From Guillardia theta CCMP2712 (lineage: Eukaryota > Protista > Cryptophyta), in NCBI RefSeq assembly GCF_000315625.1, contig NW_005434608.1, forward strand, positions 254,018-318,017: a stretch of 64,000 nucleotides of DNA, in the 5' to 3' direction. Below, piece by piece: positions 38,562 to 57,253 of this stretch (positions are counted from its first letter, which is position 1; the number at the start of each line of letters is the position of its first letter). The position numbers were made by a program, and so were the translations under genes. Under the pieces are notes generated by a model that was not told the origin of the DNA, made no database searches, and was given only the letters and a program-made list of their open reading frames with translations.

Positions 38562-40280
38562 TGAATGACCGGTGGTACCATCAGACGGCTGTCGTTGTGC
38601 TCCTGATATTTTTGGAACAGGATTGGAAACGTTTTCGCTGCTCTCTTCCTATGTGTCCTGCATACAGTGCGAGCTCAAACTGCCAGCAGTGGTTGTGATG
38701 CTGGCTCTTTCTGCTGCACCTTGCCGCCATGTCGCTGTGGGACTTACGTAACTTGTTTGGCCAACACCAACTGCCTCAGTGCTGTCTGCGAGATTTGCCC
38801 TCCAGGATCGTACTGCACGTGCGAAGCAGGTCTGCTACAGCCAAGAGCTGGGTAGAGGGGTCTTCTTGTGACTGTTACCGGCAGCATGTCCGAAATCGCT
38901 GACGTCGACGCCGAGCAATCTCATCAGGTTCCTTACAGTAACTTGATGTTCAGTATGAGGGTCACGTGGGGTCGGCAGGGTCTGCCCTTCGGGATACTAT
39001 TGCCCCATGTTCTCCGGCCGTCCAACACCGTGCCCAGCCGGTGATCACAATGAGGAGAGACGGGTCCAACTTTGTGACTAGAGTCGCAGGGACATACGGT
39101 GACAAGACAGGGTTGAAGGCTTTGGAAGATTGCAAGAAATGCCAACTGCTGCTTGACTCAAGGTTTCCATCTCCATTTGGTCTCTGAAGGTGATAAAGTC
39201 GAACAGTGAAGGCTCGTCAAAGTGCAAGTTGTCGAACGCCGGGATTGCAGGTCTGTGCGAAAGAGCTGTGCCCAATCCCGCCTCACCAATACCTCCAGTC
39301 ATCTGCGCCTCATGTGGAGGGTCACTTGTGTGAGTATCGATACGGATGCTGTGGAGCAAATTCTGAATTGTTCATCGGTTGGGCGAATGCAGCATTGGAC
39401 TGTTGTGTTACGTCGGGTCAGTCTCTTGAGAATTATGAGAATCTTCGTTGATGGGAGGTGTAGAATGCATTGGAGGAGGCTGCGGGCAAGGCAAGCAGAG
39501 TCAAGATTCCTTGAGTCCACTGTGAGATTTTACCGATCTCTTCCTCCTTCGACTTTTTTTCGCAACTGAAGTGTCCCCTGATGACCTTGTTGTCTGCTCC
39601 TGGTGAGTATCAACTGACATTGCTTCCTGGCGTTTTCTCTGCAGGGTCCGCAACTCAAACCACCAGGTAACCATCCCCTGTTAACAATAGAACGAACCTG
39701 AGAGCCATTGTGTTCTTTCTTGCTCAGCCAACTTCTCGCCGATGGAGAGCTACGGCACCGATGACGACACGTCATCAGACCGACTGTACCCCGGGGACTC
39801 CATGGAGCCAACGGCTCCGATAGCCAAAGTCTTGAGTGCAGATGAGAGGAGGGAGCAGCTAAGAAGGAGGATGGAAGTAATCTTAACACTGGAGCTGCCT
39901 GACAGCAGACTGACTCTTCTTGTGAATGAAAGGAGCTTGAACGGCAAGAATCGATCAAGGCAGTTGCGAAGGGCAAGGTAATCTTGAGGTGTTCAAGGTG
40001 CTGCTGCTGACGAAGGAGCACAGGTCCAAGACAAGGCCCGAGAGAGCCTGATAGAAGACAATAGGGTAGAACGCATATTGACTCTGCGATGGTACGCGCG
40101 CTGATCAACATCGCATTTGCAGATGCAAGCAAGAGTCGGGAAAGCATCACAAGGTCATTGTGCCCTTCTTACTCTTCAATTGTAATCTCTACCTTGCATT
40201 GACATGTAGACAGGGAAGAAAAGCTTGTTCGGAAAGGATAAGAAGAAGCATGATGATGAAGTCAACATAGAAGTCTGCGT
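38562..40280 (+). CDS. Cys-rich secreted/membrane protein with GCC2/GCC3 (ephrin-receptor-like) repeats; may be two genes
   Basis: Hydrophobic N-terminus AVVVLLIFL; CDAGSFC, CEICPPGSYC, GTYGDKTGL..CKKC; many micro-exons. Confidence 0.5.
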
Positions 40281-40469
40281 ATGATTCCTCAACGCGATGT
40301 TTTCTTCATCTTCGTTTGACTTTTTCGCTTAACTTCTCTCACTGTGGGAGACGCTTTCTGTACAATATGTGTCCTTGCCTTTAGAAACATCTATATACCT
40401 CTGAATTCACTTTATTATGCACATTTCTTCTAAGATCGCAGTCTGTTACACTTGTCTCCTCCGATTCTT

Positions 40470-41400
40470 CTTTTCTTTCACTTCACTACCATACCCAACA
40501 GAGAAATGTTACAGAAGTGAATCATCTAGCCCCTGCAAGGCAAGATGATTAGAGAGGCTTCCTGAGAAGCAACAGAACCAACTTCGAGCATAATGCCGCA
40601 AGAAGACGTAGTAAGTAGCCCACGAGATTACTATCGCAAGAAAGCTCTTCTGCACAGACAAGGCAAGTCAGGCATTCGCTCTTCCATCAGCTGATTTTTC
40701 ACCTGCATCACCATCTCCCCGCTGGTGAAGTTGAAGCTGGGAAACGAACAGTGTGAGAAGATCATGAATGTTAGAGCACAGGGCAGGTGACGAGCCCATC
40801 ACATCATGTATGTTAGAGCAGAGAACAGGAGACGAGGAGAGCAGGCAGGGGTAGCGGGAGAGCAAAACCACATCGCTCACATAGAGAAAACGTCGACGCA
40901 TCCCTGCCGGAACTCCGGGTTGGTGAACAATGAGAAGAAACTTCTGAGTTTGCGGGGGCGCAAGAGGTGTGAGAAAGACATCATCTTGAAGGTCTCAATG
41001 GCCTGCGTTACCCGCCCAGTCATAGTGCCCTCCTGCCCCGTGGCATCGCTTTTGTGTGCTGTCCTCCTACAGCCTTTGTGCTCGGGATGGTTCAGAGCAC
41101 AGGACGAGGCACCTGCAGAGCTCCGTCCTAGCAGACGAGAAGCCCCTGAGATCAGCAGAACGAGCAGGATCCCGCCGACTGTGGCTACCTCCTCCAGAGC
41201 TGGTGGGAACAAATCTACATCTCCGATTCCATTGCACCCGAAGCCCCTCCTCCTCCCACAGTCATCGGGCACGAGGGCTCTGACGCAGACCTGCTCCTCG
41301 GGCTTCCTCGGATCCCCCAGCATGACATGGGTTCTCCTCGCCCTCGCCCTCTCCCCTTGCCATCCCATCCATCGCGCCCCGTCCTCCAACCCCAGCATCC
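40470..41400 (-). CDS. Hypothetical protein with a hydrophobic segment
   Basis: ORF 40877..41593 with VATVGGILLVLLISGA and downstream short exons. Confidence 0.3.
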
Positions 41401-41529
41401 TTGCCCGCCCTTCTCTTGCCCACGGAGCTATTGAAACTCTTCGTGCCCCTGCCTGAAAAAACTCTAATTGAGCTCCTAGTAAATAATGCCCATCCCCCAA
41501 CCTAGTCCTCACCAAACAAGTCAGCGAGC

Positions 41530-42000
41530 GCCCGATGTCCGGCCCGACGGGCACTGGCAGCATACTAGACTGAAAATGATCCGATCGGATCACCCGGTGA
41601 TCGATTCAAGCCTAGTCCGGGCAAGCTCCTCCTCCGCCTCCGCCTCCGCCGCCTCTTCCTAGTCCTCGTCCTAGTCATCCTCCTCGTCCTCGTCCTCGCG
41701 CGAGGAGTCCTCGTCCCACTTCAGGCTTGCTATCGCCGAGGCGCTGAGCAGCAGCCTATTGACCTTCCGGACCCCGGGCCCAACTTGGCAAGGGTCCGCA
41801 GGGCCTAACACGGACCCAGACTGACTAACTCGGAAAGCACTCAATTGAGCCTCGGAGTATCATGAGCCGCGAGCGAGGACAATCCGAGGCAGCGGGAGAC
41901 AACTCCGATCCTGACTCCCGGAGTACGATCGGGAGTGCCCGGCGGGTCAGCGGGGCCCGGGCCGGGCGCCCGCCGCAGCCTGGGCTAGTGATAAGTTTAC
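41530..42000. promoter_or_regulatory. CCGG-rich island between divergent genes
   Basis: CCGG/GATCGG/TGACT words, followed by a CACCCC/CCCCTA block at 42060-42240. Confidence 0.45.
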
Positions 42001-42190
42001 TCAAAGTCACTCAAGTTAAAATGAAGTTTTACGGGCCTTGTTTTTTTTAGCCTTTTGACCGTTTTTTCCCCCTACTACTCTTGACTCCTCTCATAACCTT
42101 CTTAGAGACTCTGACCCCACCCCCCTGGGTGTAAGAGAGGCCTTTTTTGACCCACCCCTACTTCTAGCCTTTTGTAACCCCCTTTCCTCC

Positions 42191-48339
<6,149 letters not shown>

Positions 48340-48563
48340 GTAGAACGAAGGATACTTCAACTGATCCGAATCTTCGCTCCTCGCCCTGGTATTTCACCTG
48401 CCCTCCTGCTCCTCCCGTTCACTAGGCTCATAGGACGGAGCGAGAGAGTGAAGATACTTGTGCAGGAAGCAGGTAATGACTCTCCTCCTCCACCGCTACC
48501 CTATAGGACTCGAGACCTCCCTCCCTCCACACTCCCTCCCTCACTCACTCACTCCCGGCCTCC

Positions 48564-48663
48564 NNNNNNNNNNNNNNNNNNNNNNNNNNNNNNNNNNNNN
48601 NNNNNNNNNNNNNNNNNNNNNNNNNNNNNNNNNNNNNNNNNNNNNNNNNNNNNNNNNNNNNNN
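48564..48663. other. Assembly gap (100 N)
   Basis: Run of N. Confidence 1.
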
Positions 48664-48942
48664 GGGTACTTTCAGAGATACCGTGGACTGACAACAATAA
48701 GGAAAGGAGGGGGAAAAAAATATGGACTTAGGAGCCTGCAAAAAAGACCTCTCTCACACCCGAGGGGATGGGATCCCTCCCTACCTCCCTCCCTCCCTCC
48801 CTCCCTCCCTCCCTCCCTCCCTCCCTCCCTCCTTCCCTCCCTCCCTCTGCTGATTTCTGCATCTCACCCTCACTATTCAACACTTCGATCGCATGATCGC
48901 TTGCCAGTCTTCAAGTTCAAAGCCCCGATCGTAAAAAGATAC

Positions 48943-49386
48943 ATGGAGATTGCATCCAACTACGTCGACCTGGAGAAGAGAAGAGAGCGGTTCAGTGCTG
49001 GCGCCGACGGCTCTCTCTCGGTCAACGGATACATCAGGACCAACACACCTGGAGGTTGTACGCACAGGCATGCGACTCATTCTAATCTTTGAATTACAGC
49101 CAAAGGCCCGCAGCTTCCAAAGATGATCGACCCCGTCTTCAATTACAACTCGCAGGCAAGCTTAACTTCTCACTCCCAGTCCCTTTAATCTTCTCGCAGA
49201 ACATTCAGGCTTCTCTGTTTGCTCAGCAACGCTCGAGGTATTTCCGTGTCATCTTGCTGGTTTGAGATCTCAAATCTCCTGTCAGTTGTATTATCCCTTC
49301 TGCTGAAGATGTTGACATCTGAGCATGAGTATGCCTGTCCCAATGACTCCACCAGCCGTCGCGCTATTGCAAAGATATACCGATGA
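48943..49386 (+). CDS. Small hypothetical multi-exon protein
   Basis: MEIASNYVDLEKRR.. followed by short GT-AG-bounded exons. Confidence 0.3.
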
Positions 49387-49399
49387 TGCAACGTGCTAG

Positions 49400-51330
49400 A
49401 AGGATCTTCGGTCTCTCTTTGATTGATACAATATCATGTTCAAGTATAAGATATCTTGTTTTACATGCTTCAAACTTATAGTACACCTCCTCAAATGTGA
49501 CTTCAGGCTTCACATTTCTTGACCTCCAGACCTCTGGAAAACAGCAATGAATCCAACGATAGAAGAAGAAGAGAAGTAAGACGCTCACCCGTGGATCGCC
49601 AAGGCTGTCAAAGAACCTGGTGTAATTCCTGACTGTGTTGCTGATCGCGCAACCTTCATTCGTCATCTTGACCTCCTCCTGTCATCAACAATCATCATCT
49701 TCCAACTCTCAAACTTCTCTTCTCGCCTGCATCTGACATCTCAGGGAGATGTTCAACACCCCATCATGACTCGCGCGCCCCTGAGACCACCGAGGGGTAA
49801 GGCGACTTTACAGGGACGTACAGCTATACAGGAGGAAACTCCAGACTTTGACGGACTTTGCGAGTAACTCGAGCCCTAGGGGACGCTGCAGAGGAGAAGC
49901 TCATTCTTCAGATCTCGTGAATCACATCAAACCTGGTCGAAGTTGCTCAAACTGAGACCCAGCCTGCGTGCTCGTCTGCGCGCCCCATGACGTCTCCTTC
50001 TTGATTTCTCGTCTTGGTGATTGGGGGAAGATCAGGTCCTTCGACGTCTGCTGCAGAGTGAACTTCAGAGAGTGAGGGAGATCGAGCACGAGAGAGGGAG
50101 AGAGAGACAGGGGAAGAAGGAAGGGGGAAGGATGAGGGAACACGTTACAAGTACCTTTGAAAAGGAGGAGTGGGACACATCGACGGGATCGTTGAGAGCG
50201 GTGTAGTCTGATCGATTGTTTGCGCAAGCCCCGTTACCTTCAAACCTTCCACCCAAGGATGTTCCAAAGGTTCTTTCCTCGGGATCACTGCCATTGTTCA
50301 TTGCGTCGGACGTGTGAGAAGCCTGGGACTGCGTCTTCGCTTCCGAGAAGACCGATTCGCGATTCGCATCTCGCAATAAGGACATGCAATATTCAAAGTG
50401 ATGCCTGTCGGACACTCCGCCGTCCGAGCCGTACTTGTCCATCTTGTCATAAGATGCAGGATTTGATCTGCTGTATTCTAGACCTCTCTTCAACTCACTG
50501 TTCTTCACCTGCTCAGCATGCAACTTGAGTTGCAGCTCACGGATCTGCGCCTGCATTGAGGAGATTTTGGTGTCTTGCACGGACGTGTAAGTTTCAAGAT
50601 CATGTTCCAGCTTGCTGATGCGGTTTCTCTTCACATTCGATTCTTTCAGCTCGTCTTCCAGTGATTTAATTTTCTTTTGCGATGCACTTAACTTGAGTTC
50701 ATAGTCTCTGAGCTTTTGCTTTAATGCTTGATCAGCATCTGCTTGCGATGCAATGCTCTCCCTTGTTGAATGGAAGGATTCCACCACATCTGAGCAAATT
50801 TCCTGCGCTTCCATGCATTTCCATTTCAAGTCCATCAATGAATTTCGAAGAACGATCACATCAGCCTCTCGTTTTTGAACTTTGTGGCGTATTCATTGAT
50901 GACCTTAGATGCTTTCTCGCGTTGTATTTTCAGCTCTTCGTTTCCTTTTTGAGCAATGGCCTGAACCTCGTATTGCAGTTTTCTGTTCTCTTCTCCCTGC
51001 TCAAACATCTTACTTTGAAGATTCTTGATTTCATTTCTCAAGGCCTGCTTCTCTCGATCTGCAACCATGTATGTCCCCTGCATTTGTCGAGACATCGCGC
51101 TGTCATACATTGATTTCCTGCAGGTTATGTCAACAGGTATTTGTATCATAATGAATAGTACTGCGCATATTGTTGCATAGCAGATGATGAGACCGGAACC
51201 TGCCTATAGGACGATCTACAAATGTTTAGCAACAGCATAAATGAATAGAGAGCACCTTGGATAAATTACTGTATTGTTCATCTCAGCTTGAAACAATTCC
51301 AATTCCAAATCTGTCATTGCAACTCGTCAG
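49400..51330 (-). CDS. Coiled-coil hypothetical protein
   Basis: ORFs 50856..51149 and 50065..50859 with heptad K/E/Q-rich sequence; further exons to ~49400; ends approximate. Confidence 0.55.
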
Positions 51331-52007
51331 CTTCAAAACTCTGAGACCTCCTAGCCCGAGGCATTGAGCATTCATCGATCAAATCGTCTCAAGTACAATG
51401 CACCGTAGGGGCTAGCCACCACCCCATTCAATGATGAGGTTGTAGTGCCACTTGAGGCTAAAACACTATTGGTAACAATCAGCTTCTACGAGCATGGCGG
51501 CAAGCTGATATCATATCACTTTACATTCAACATCTTCATCTTCCATTGTTTCTCTCTCCTTCCTTTGTGCTCTTCTCCCTTTTCTGCCTACCGCCCTCGC
51601 GCATTTCCCAATTAAAATCGTCCTGACCCCACCCCCACCCTTCACCACCCACCCCTGGTCGTCGACACATCAACCATCTGATCCACCCCAACCCTGCGCC
51701 CCCTGTTACCACCCCCCACCACTTGACTTTGCTTCGACACACTGACCAAAGGACGGGTCAGTTCGGGGTAAACCCCTGGCGGTGGTACATGAACCCCTAC
51801 CGACTACCGGTACTCACGGTGCAATTTTAACACTACGTTACAGCCCAGCCTGCACTACCCCTACCTCCCTGGATCAGCCCGAACCCCCGGGTACAGTAAC
51901 CACGAGGACACCGGTCCTGCACTCACTGTCAGACCATCTTGGAAGCTCAGAAAACAAGGGGTCCGAAAGTCGCTAAAGCCGACGGAGCGGCTATTTAGAG
52001 CCATGAG

Positions 52008-52120
52008 CTTCTTCATCATGCTTCTTCAAGTCATCATGCTTCTTCAACATGCTTCTTCAACATGCTTCTTCAACATGCTTCTTCATCATGCTTCTTCATC
52101 ATGCTTCTTCATCATGCTTC
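52008..52120. repeat. 13-bp tandem repeat CATGCTTCTTCA(A/T)
   Basis: Direct reading, ~8 copies. Confidence 0.9.
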
Positions 52121-53131
52121 GCGTTATCTTTCTCATGACATCACCAACAATTCGTGTAGAACCATCACTTCTTGTGTCCTGCCCTCAAGTCCTAGCCCCA
52201 GTCATGTGTATGATACCCTGGTCTGGTGAAGACGCCGATATGTTTCAGAAAGTCTACTCTGAGCAAATAAACGTTTCATTGGTTAAAGTATCAACCAAGT
52301 TGCAAAGAGCATCTGATTGCAGTCTTGAAAGTGATGAGAACTCAATCTGCCTCCCGCATCAGTGCGCTTGTAAAGCAATCTTGCATCTTGGATGATCAAT
52401 GCCGGCACTAGAAGTTATGGGCTCGAAACGTTAATCACGCACATGTTGTTTATTTCTATACTATCTTCTTCCAGACCCTCTTTTCCTCTCCCTCCTTCCC
52501 GCTACCTAGTATACATGCTACGACGCCCGCCCTTTGCTCCCCTCCGCTCACACAGGATTCGCTTTCGCGATGCTCCGGCGCTGCCGTCGAGCGCGTAGAA
52601 TGGAGTCCAGCACCACTCTGCCGCTGTTGCTGGCCCCTCCGTCCGGGCTGATGATGCTGCCGGAGACAGCTTTCTGCCTCCTCGCTTCCTTCCGGGGCCG
52701 GCTCGATGTCAGGTAAAAGGGAGCCGCGGAGCAACGGTATAGGACGACGTCGTCGAGCATCCGGATCGATCTTGAAGAGGAGGCCGGGGACGGGGAGGGG
52801 GAACAGGAGCACACGGCGTCAGAGGGGAGGTGTAAGCACATGTGTGGCGGGCGTGAGCGTGGGCGTGAGTGTGGGGAGGAAAGAGGTGTGCCTTTATCGA
52901 CTTGTTGCCGTGTTTGTGAGGTTTTAACCACAGAGTGGTGCCATGAGGAGCTGACAGCACCAACCCTTATGAATGCCTGGAGAAAAGGGGGGGTGGGGTG
53001 GAAGTCTGCTCTAGTCGAAATCATCAACAGAGCTCATTTCAGTGTAAATCTCTTCCCTGCGCTCATGCGGAATGCACGGCAGTGGCGATCCAGAGGCCCT
53101 TTTAGGGAGGCTATTCCGGTGAGCCTGGTCA

Positions 53132-53271
53132 GCAGGCCCGACAGTCACGGGGTGAGTGTGCAGTGGTTACGCCGGAGGAGGCACGGACAGAGGGGTGGTT
53201 GGATTAACTGGAAGGTTTCTGGAAAGGTGTCAGGCCCGACAGTCACGAGGTGAGTGTTTAGCGGTGGTTAC
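53132..53271. repeat. Spaced ~40-bp direct repeat CAGGCCCGACAGTCACGRGGTGAGTGT..GTGGTTAC
   Basis: Copies begin at 53132 and 53231. Confidence 0.85.
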
Positions 53272-54837
53272 AGTTACATCAAAAGACTGATAAAGCTCAG
53301 CTGGCCGGTGACGAGACAGCGGATGAAAAGAACTGATTTCCTGTACAGCTCATTCCCTGCGCCCCTTTAAGGTCAGCTGGTCACGTGGGTAGTTAAGACC
53401 GAAATCCATTCAGTCAATAGGGGGCTTATGGGCGCCAGAGACCTTAGACCTTAGGATTAGCTGTCCTTGCCGTTACACGGCGGTTTTAACCTTAGTCTGA
53501 TTTTGAGACGTTGTGATATAGGGAAAAAGCAATCGAGTTTTCTTCTAAAATCACTCAATAATTTGTACCATGACCTTAACTTTTAGAGTTTTATTCTCTT
53601 TTTATTTCATTTTTGGAAGTGTTGGATTAGTAGTGAAACTGAAATGTTTGTGCAGAACGAGCGCTTGCAAGGTGTGTGAGATGTTAGCTTATGCTGTTGT
53701 AGGTGATGTTGCAAGCAAGTACAAGCATGATGAAGAACAGCTTAATGCATACGAGGTGTTGCATGGTCCAATTATATTACTCATGTTCTAATTACAATGA
53801 ACACAGGAATAAAGAAGGGGAAAACTGCAAAACTGCTCGGATGCACCGCTTCAATACCATCGGCCCTCTAGCGCTCTGATAGCTCTGATTATTCTTGTCC
53901 TGCTCACATCTACTTTCCCCGATATTTGTCTTCTACTCAATCTTACCCCGCCTCGACACGAGCTTCACACCATCAGCCCTGTCGAGAAGGAGGGAAAAGT
54001 CTGGACTTGGTGCTGAACTCAATCATGCAAGCACGATCAAGGCTAGGAACAGGAGACTCGAGTGTACGATAGATATCAGTATCCAGATGTTCGTGTAGAT
54101 CTGATCGATGTATATCTGCCTGTGGAGAAATAAACTTTCATTCATCACCCATAGCAAAAAAATTAACTTGATGTCACTGATACATTGAGAGAATGGAGAC
54201 ACTCAAATGATTGTGGTGAGAAATCTTGCGATCAGGAGGCTTCACAACAGCGATGATGATGATGATGTTTATGATGATGATGATGTTTATGATGATGATG
54301 ATGGAGCTGATGATGATGGCGACGACGACGAGGACGATGACGATGATGATGACATATCTGTAGAAAGAATCTCACTGACTCTAGTCTCTCTAATTTAGCT
54401 AAAAAATGGAGTCATTTCTTTTACTTAAAGTTGAGTAAACGTATATAGTTGAGTAAACGTTCAAAATGCAGGAAGCACAATGGTGGAGCAACGATCGGGC
54501 GCCGCCCTACAGCAAGGATGATGGTGTGCTACATCAGATCATGTCTTAGGATCATTCTAGGCATAGTTGTACATTACCATCATCAGCTCCATTCTACAGA
54601 TATGTAGTCACCGCGAGCCAGGTAGCCAGAGCCTCAAGTGATCGTCTCCCCTCTCCCAGCTATAGCCTCACCTATAAATTCATCGACGATAAAGCAGCTC
54701 GTCTGACACGAATAGGGCTCTCTCCTCCACCCCCTCCACCGTCACTCTGGCCTTCGAAATGCCCTGGAGCTGCTTACGATGCAAGGCAAGAAAGCCTTCA
54801 GGCTGCTCAATGCCCCATACTCCATTATCCTTGTCGT

Positions 54838-54942
54838 GTACTCACACCTACATGCTTCTCGTGTGCTTACAGCTATATGCTTCTCGTGTGCTTACACCTG
54901 TATGGCGCTTCTCGTGTGCTTATACCTATATGCTTCTCGTGT
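54838..54942. repeat. ~25-bp tandem repeat (TGCTTACACCTATATGCTTCTCGTG), ~4 copies
   Basis: Direct reading. Confidence 0.85.
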
Positions 54943-55099
54943 ACTGGTGCCTTACAAGTCCATCATATCAGATCACAGTCGCTTTCTGTACAGAGGAAAG
55001 CTCGAAATGTGTAAGTTGTCAAACATCCCTTTGAGTTCTGCATCTGATTTGACCTCTCATGGTGTTCACTTCAAAACGCCTAATCCCATGTTCGTAAGG

Positions 55100-57150
55100 C
55101 GGTGAGCGTACAAGTTTGTTGCAGACGATTGAATGATTTGAACTTTGCATATGCTTTTGATTTCTCATGCGGATAACATGAATAGTATGTGAGTATCGCA
55201 GGAGCTGTCGTAATGACAGATGGATGTTTCTGACATTTGGTTCGGTTTGAATTCACATCTATCACTAATGGACGAGCCGGGTTGATAGTTTGTGAGTGTA
55301 TGACAAAGAAGTGAAGACTGATCAGCATGACTTGATTCCCAGGCAACTTTCGACGATGGAGGCGATGGTAGGTGCAGAATTTGTTCCAAGGATGTCAGGT
55401 ATCATCGCGCGGAGTTCAAAGTCTGCGACGTAAGAAAGAACCTTCTATTTACTTCTATCGATTTGATAGGACTCGCTCTATACAGATCTGCATACAAATC
55501 TATTTCTGAAAAGACTTTTGCAGACCACCTACAAGAAATCGTGGTTCAGTTCGAGGTGTATGATGTGCTCGAAACCTCAGAAGGACCATGACTCCTGCTT
55601 TGGGATCTGCAACGTAAGTAAATTCTTGTTTTGAGGAGGACGAATCGCCTACTCAATCAATCCAACAGCATGATTTGATTGAACGATGATTGCACAGGCT
55701 GTAAGCACAAGTCCTTTCTCTGAAGATAACGACTAATTGACATCAATTTGCTGAATTTTCTGACTCGCGGCTTGGCTGGCGCGGTTGCCGGGCTGGATAG
55801 GAGGTAAGCGTCTTTCGATTTGATGAAGTCAAACGATTCTTTTACTGCTCGCCTTGCTCTCTGTTGATAGAATGAGTTGACAATTGAATTTTAAAGCGTG
55901 TAAGTACCTCATGTACCAATGAAGCGATCGACCCGTCTGACTCGCTCCCTTCTGAACATCTCTGGGGTCTTGGACTCTCTCGATGAAGAATGTAAGAGGC
56001 CAATGAAATGATCGAATACACATCAGATGATTTCATGTTTCATACTGATTAGGCAACATTTAAACCTGGAGAAGAAGGGAAGTGCATGATCTGTTCCAAG
56101 CTTGAGAAGTATCATTACCAAAACAAAAGATACTGTAACGTGAGAGAAATTTCTCATGTATGAAAGTTTCTGATATTGATTTCGCACTCTATCCAAAATT
56201 GCGGCTTGGTTGACCCTCAACGGTGATTACAGGAGGTCAGTTCCCTCTGATTTGATCCCCTCTAAAATTAAACATTCATCTTTTTTCTATGTACGCTTTT
56301 CGCATGTGACCACGTTTTGCACGGGACTGAATAGCATGTGAGTCTCCCTCAAACGATTGTCGTTGAATTGTTCACACTGTACTGACTTGTTCTTCTGCAT
56401 GTTGCATCTGTGATGGAATAGACGGTAAGAATCTTTTCGTCTGCACCGTACCTGCACTGAGATAGCAATGTTTTCTGTTGGTTCATTTCCTCTTGGGAGC
56501 TTTGTGGGGCTTTCAGAATGTAAGAGTGATCAGAACGCATGTTGCGTGATCGATCTGACTTGATGCTCATTTGATTTTGTTTCAATGATCTCGCTTACAT
56601 CGAACGATTGGAACACCGTGCAGTCTGTAAGAATCTTCATCAATGTTACATGTGTGATAAAGCTGACGTTGAATCTTGTTGTGTCACGCGCAATCTCAAT
56701 GCTGCTGGACAGTACGTAAGTTGCGATGGATGTGATTGTCTCAGATGTCAGTATTTCTGATATTTTCTTGTTTCCTCGCGGATCTTGTTGCTACTGGACG
56801 TGCTGGGACTTGGAAGTGCGTGAGTACCAGATGAAGCCACATGACTGGAGTTTGGTGCTTCTGACATTGATTTTCTATGCTGTTTCTACTCTTAAACGGG
56901 CTGGACTTCTGTGTTCTGATAGTATGTAAGGGTCATGGAGTGTTGCTCAACAAAAACTGACATTTTTCTCTCCTTCGTCATTCAAACGGATTGATTGTCC
57001 TTAGTGCTGTGTAAGAAATGCCTTGTACTGTTCTTTATGAATCTCCTCTGAAGTCTTTTTTGTTGAATGTGGGATTTTAAACAACCTCATCAGAACGTAA
57101 GTTGACAAACATTCCTCAAGAAACATATCTAACATTGCATTCCAAACAAC
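55100..57150 (-). pseudogene. Decayed intronless long ORF (possible viral or transposon relic)
   Basis: ORF pieces 57001..57264, 56023..56220 and 55165..55389 share one frame; stops are sparse in between; more AT-rich than flanking genes. Confidence 0.5.
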
Positions 57151-57253
57151 CTTCGTTTCAGTGCGCCAAGGCTCGGGGATGGCAAGAGTACGATCAGGTG
57201 GAAAGACTTGATCAGAGCCAAGTTCGTACTGATCTGACTGATGGACCTTGTAG

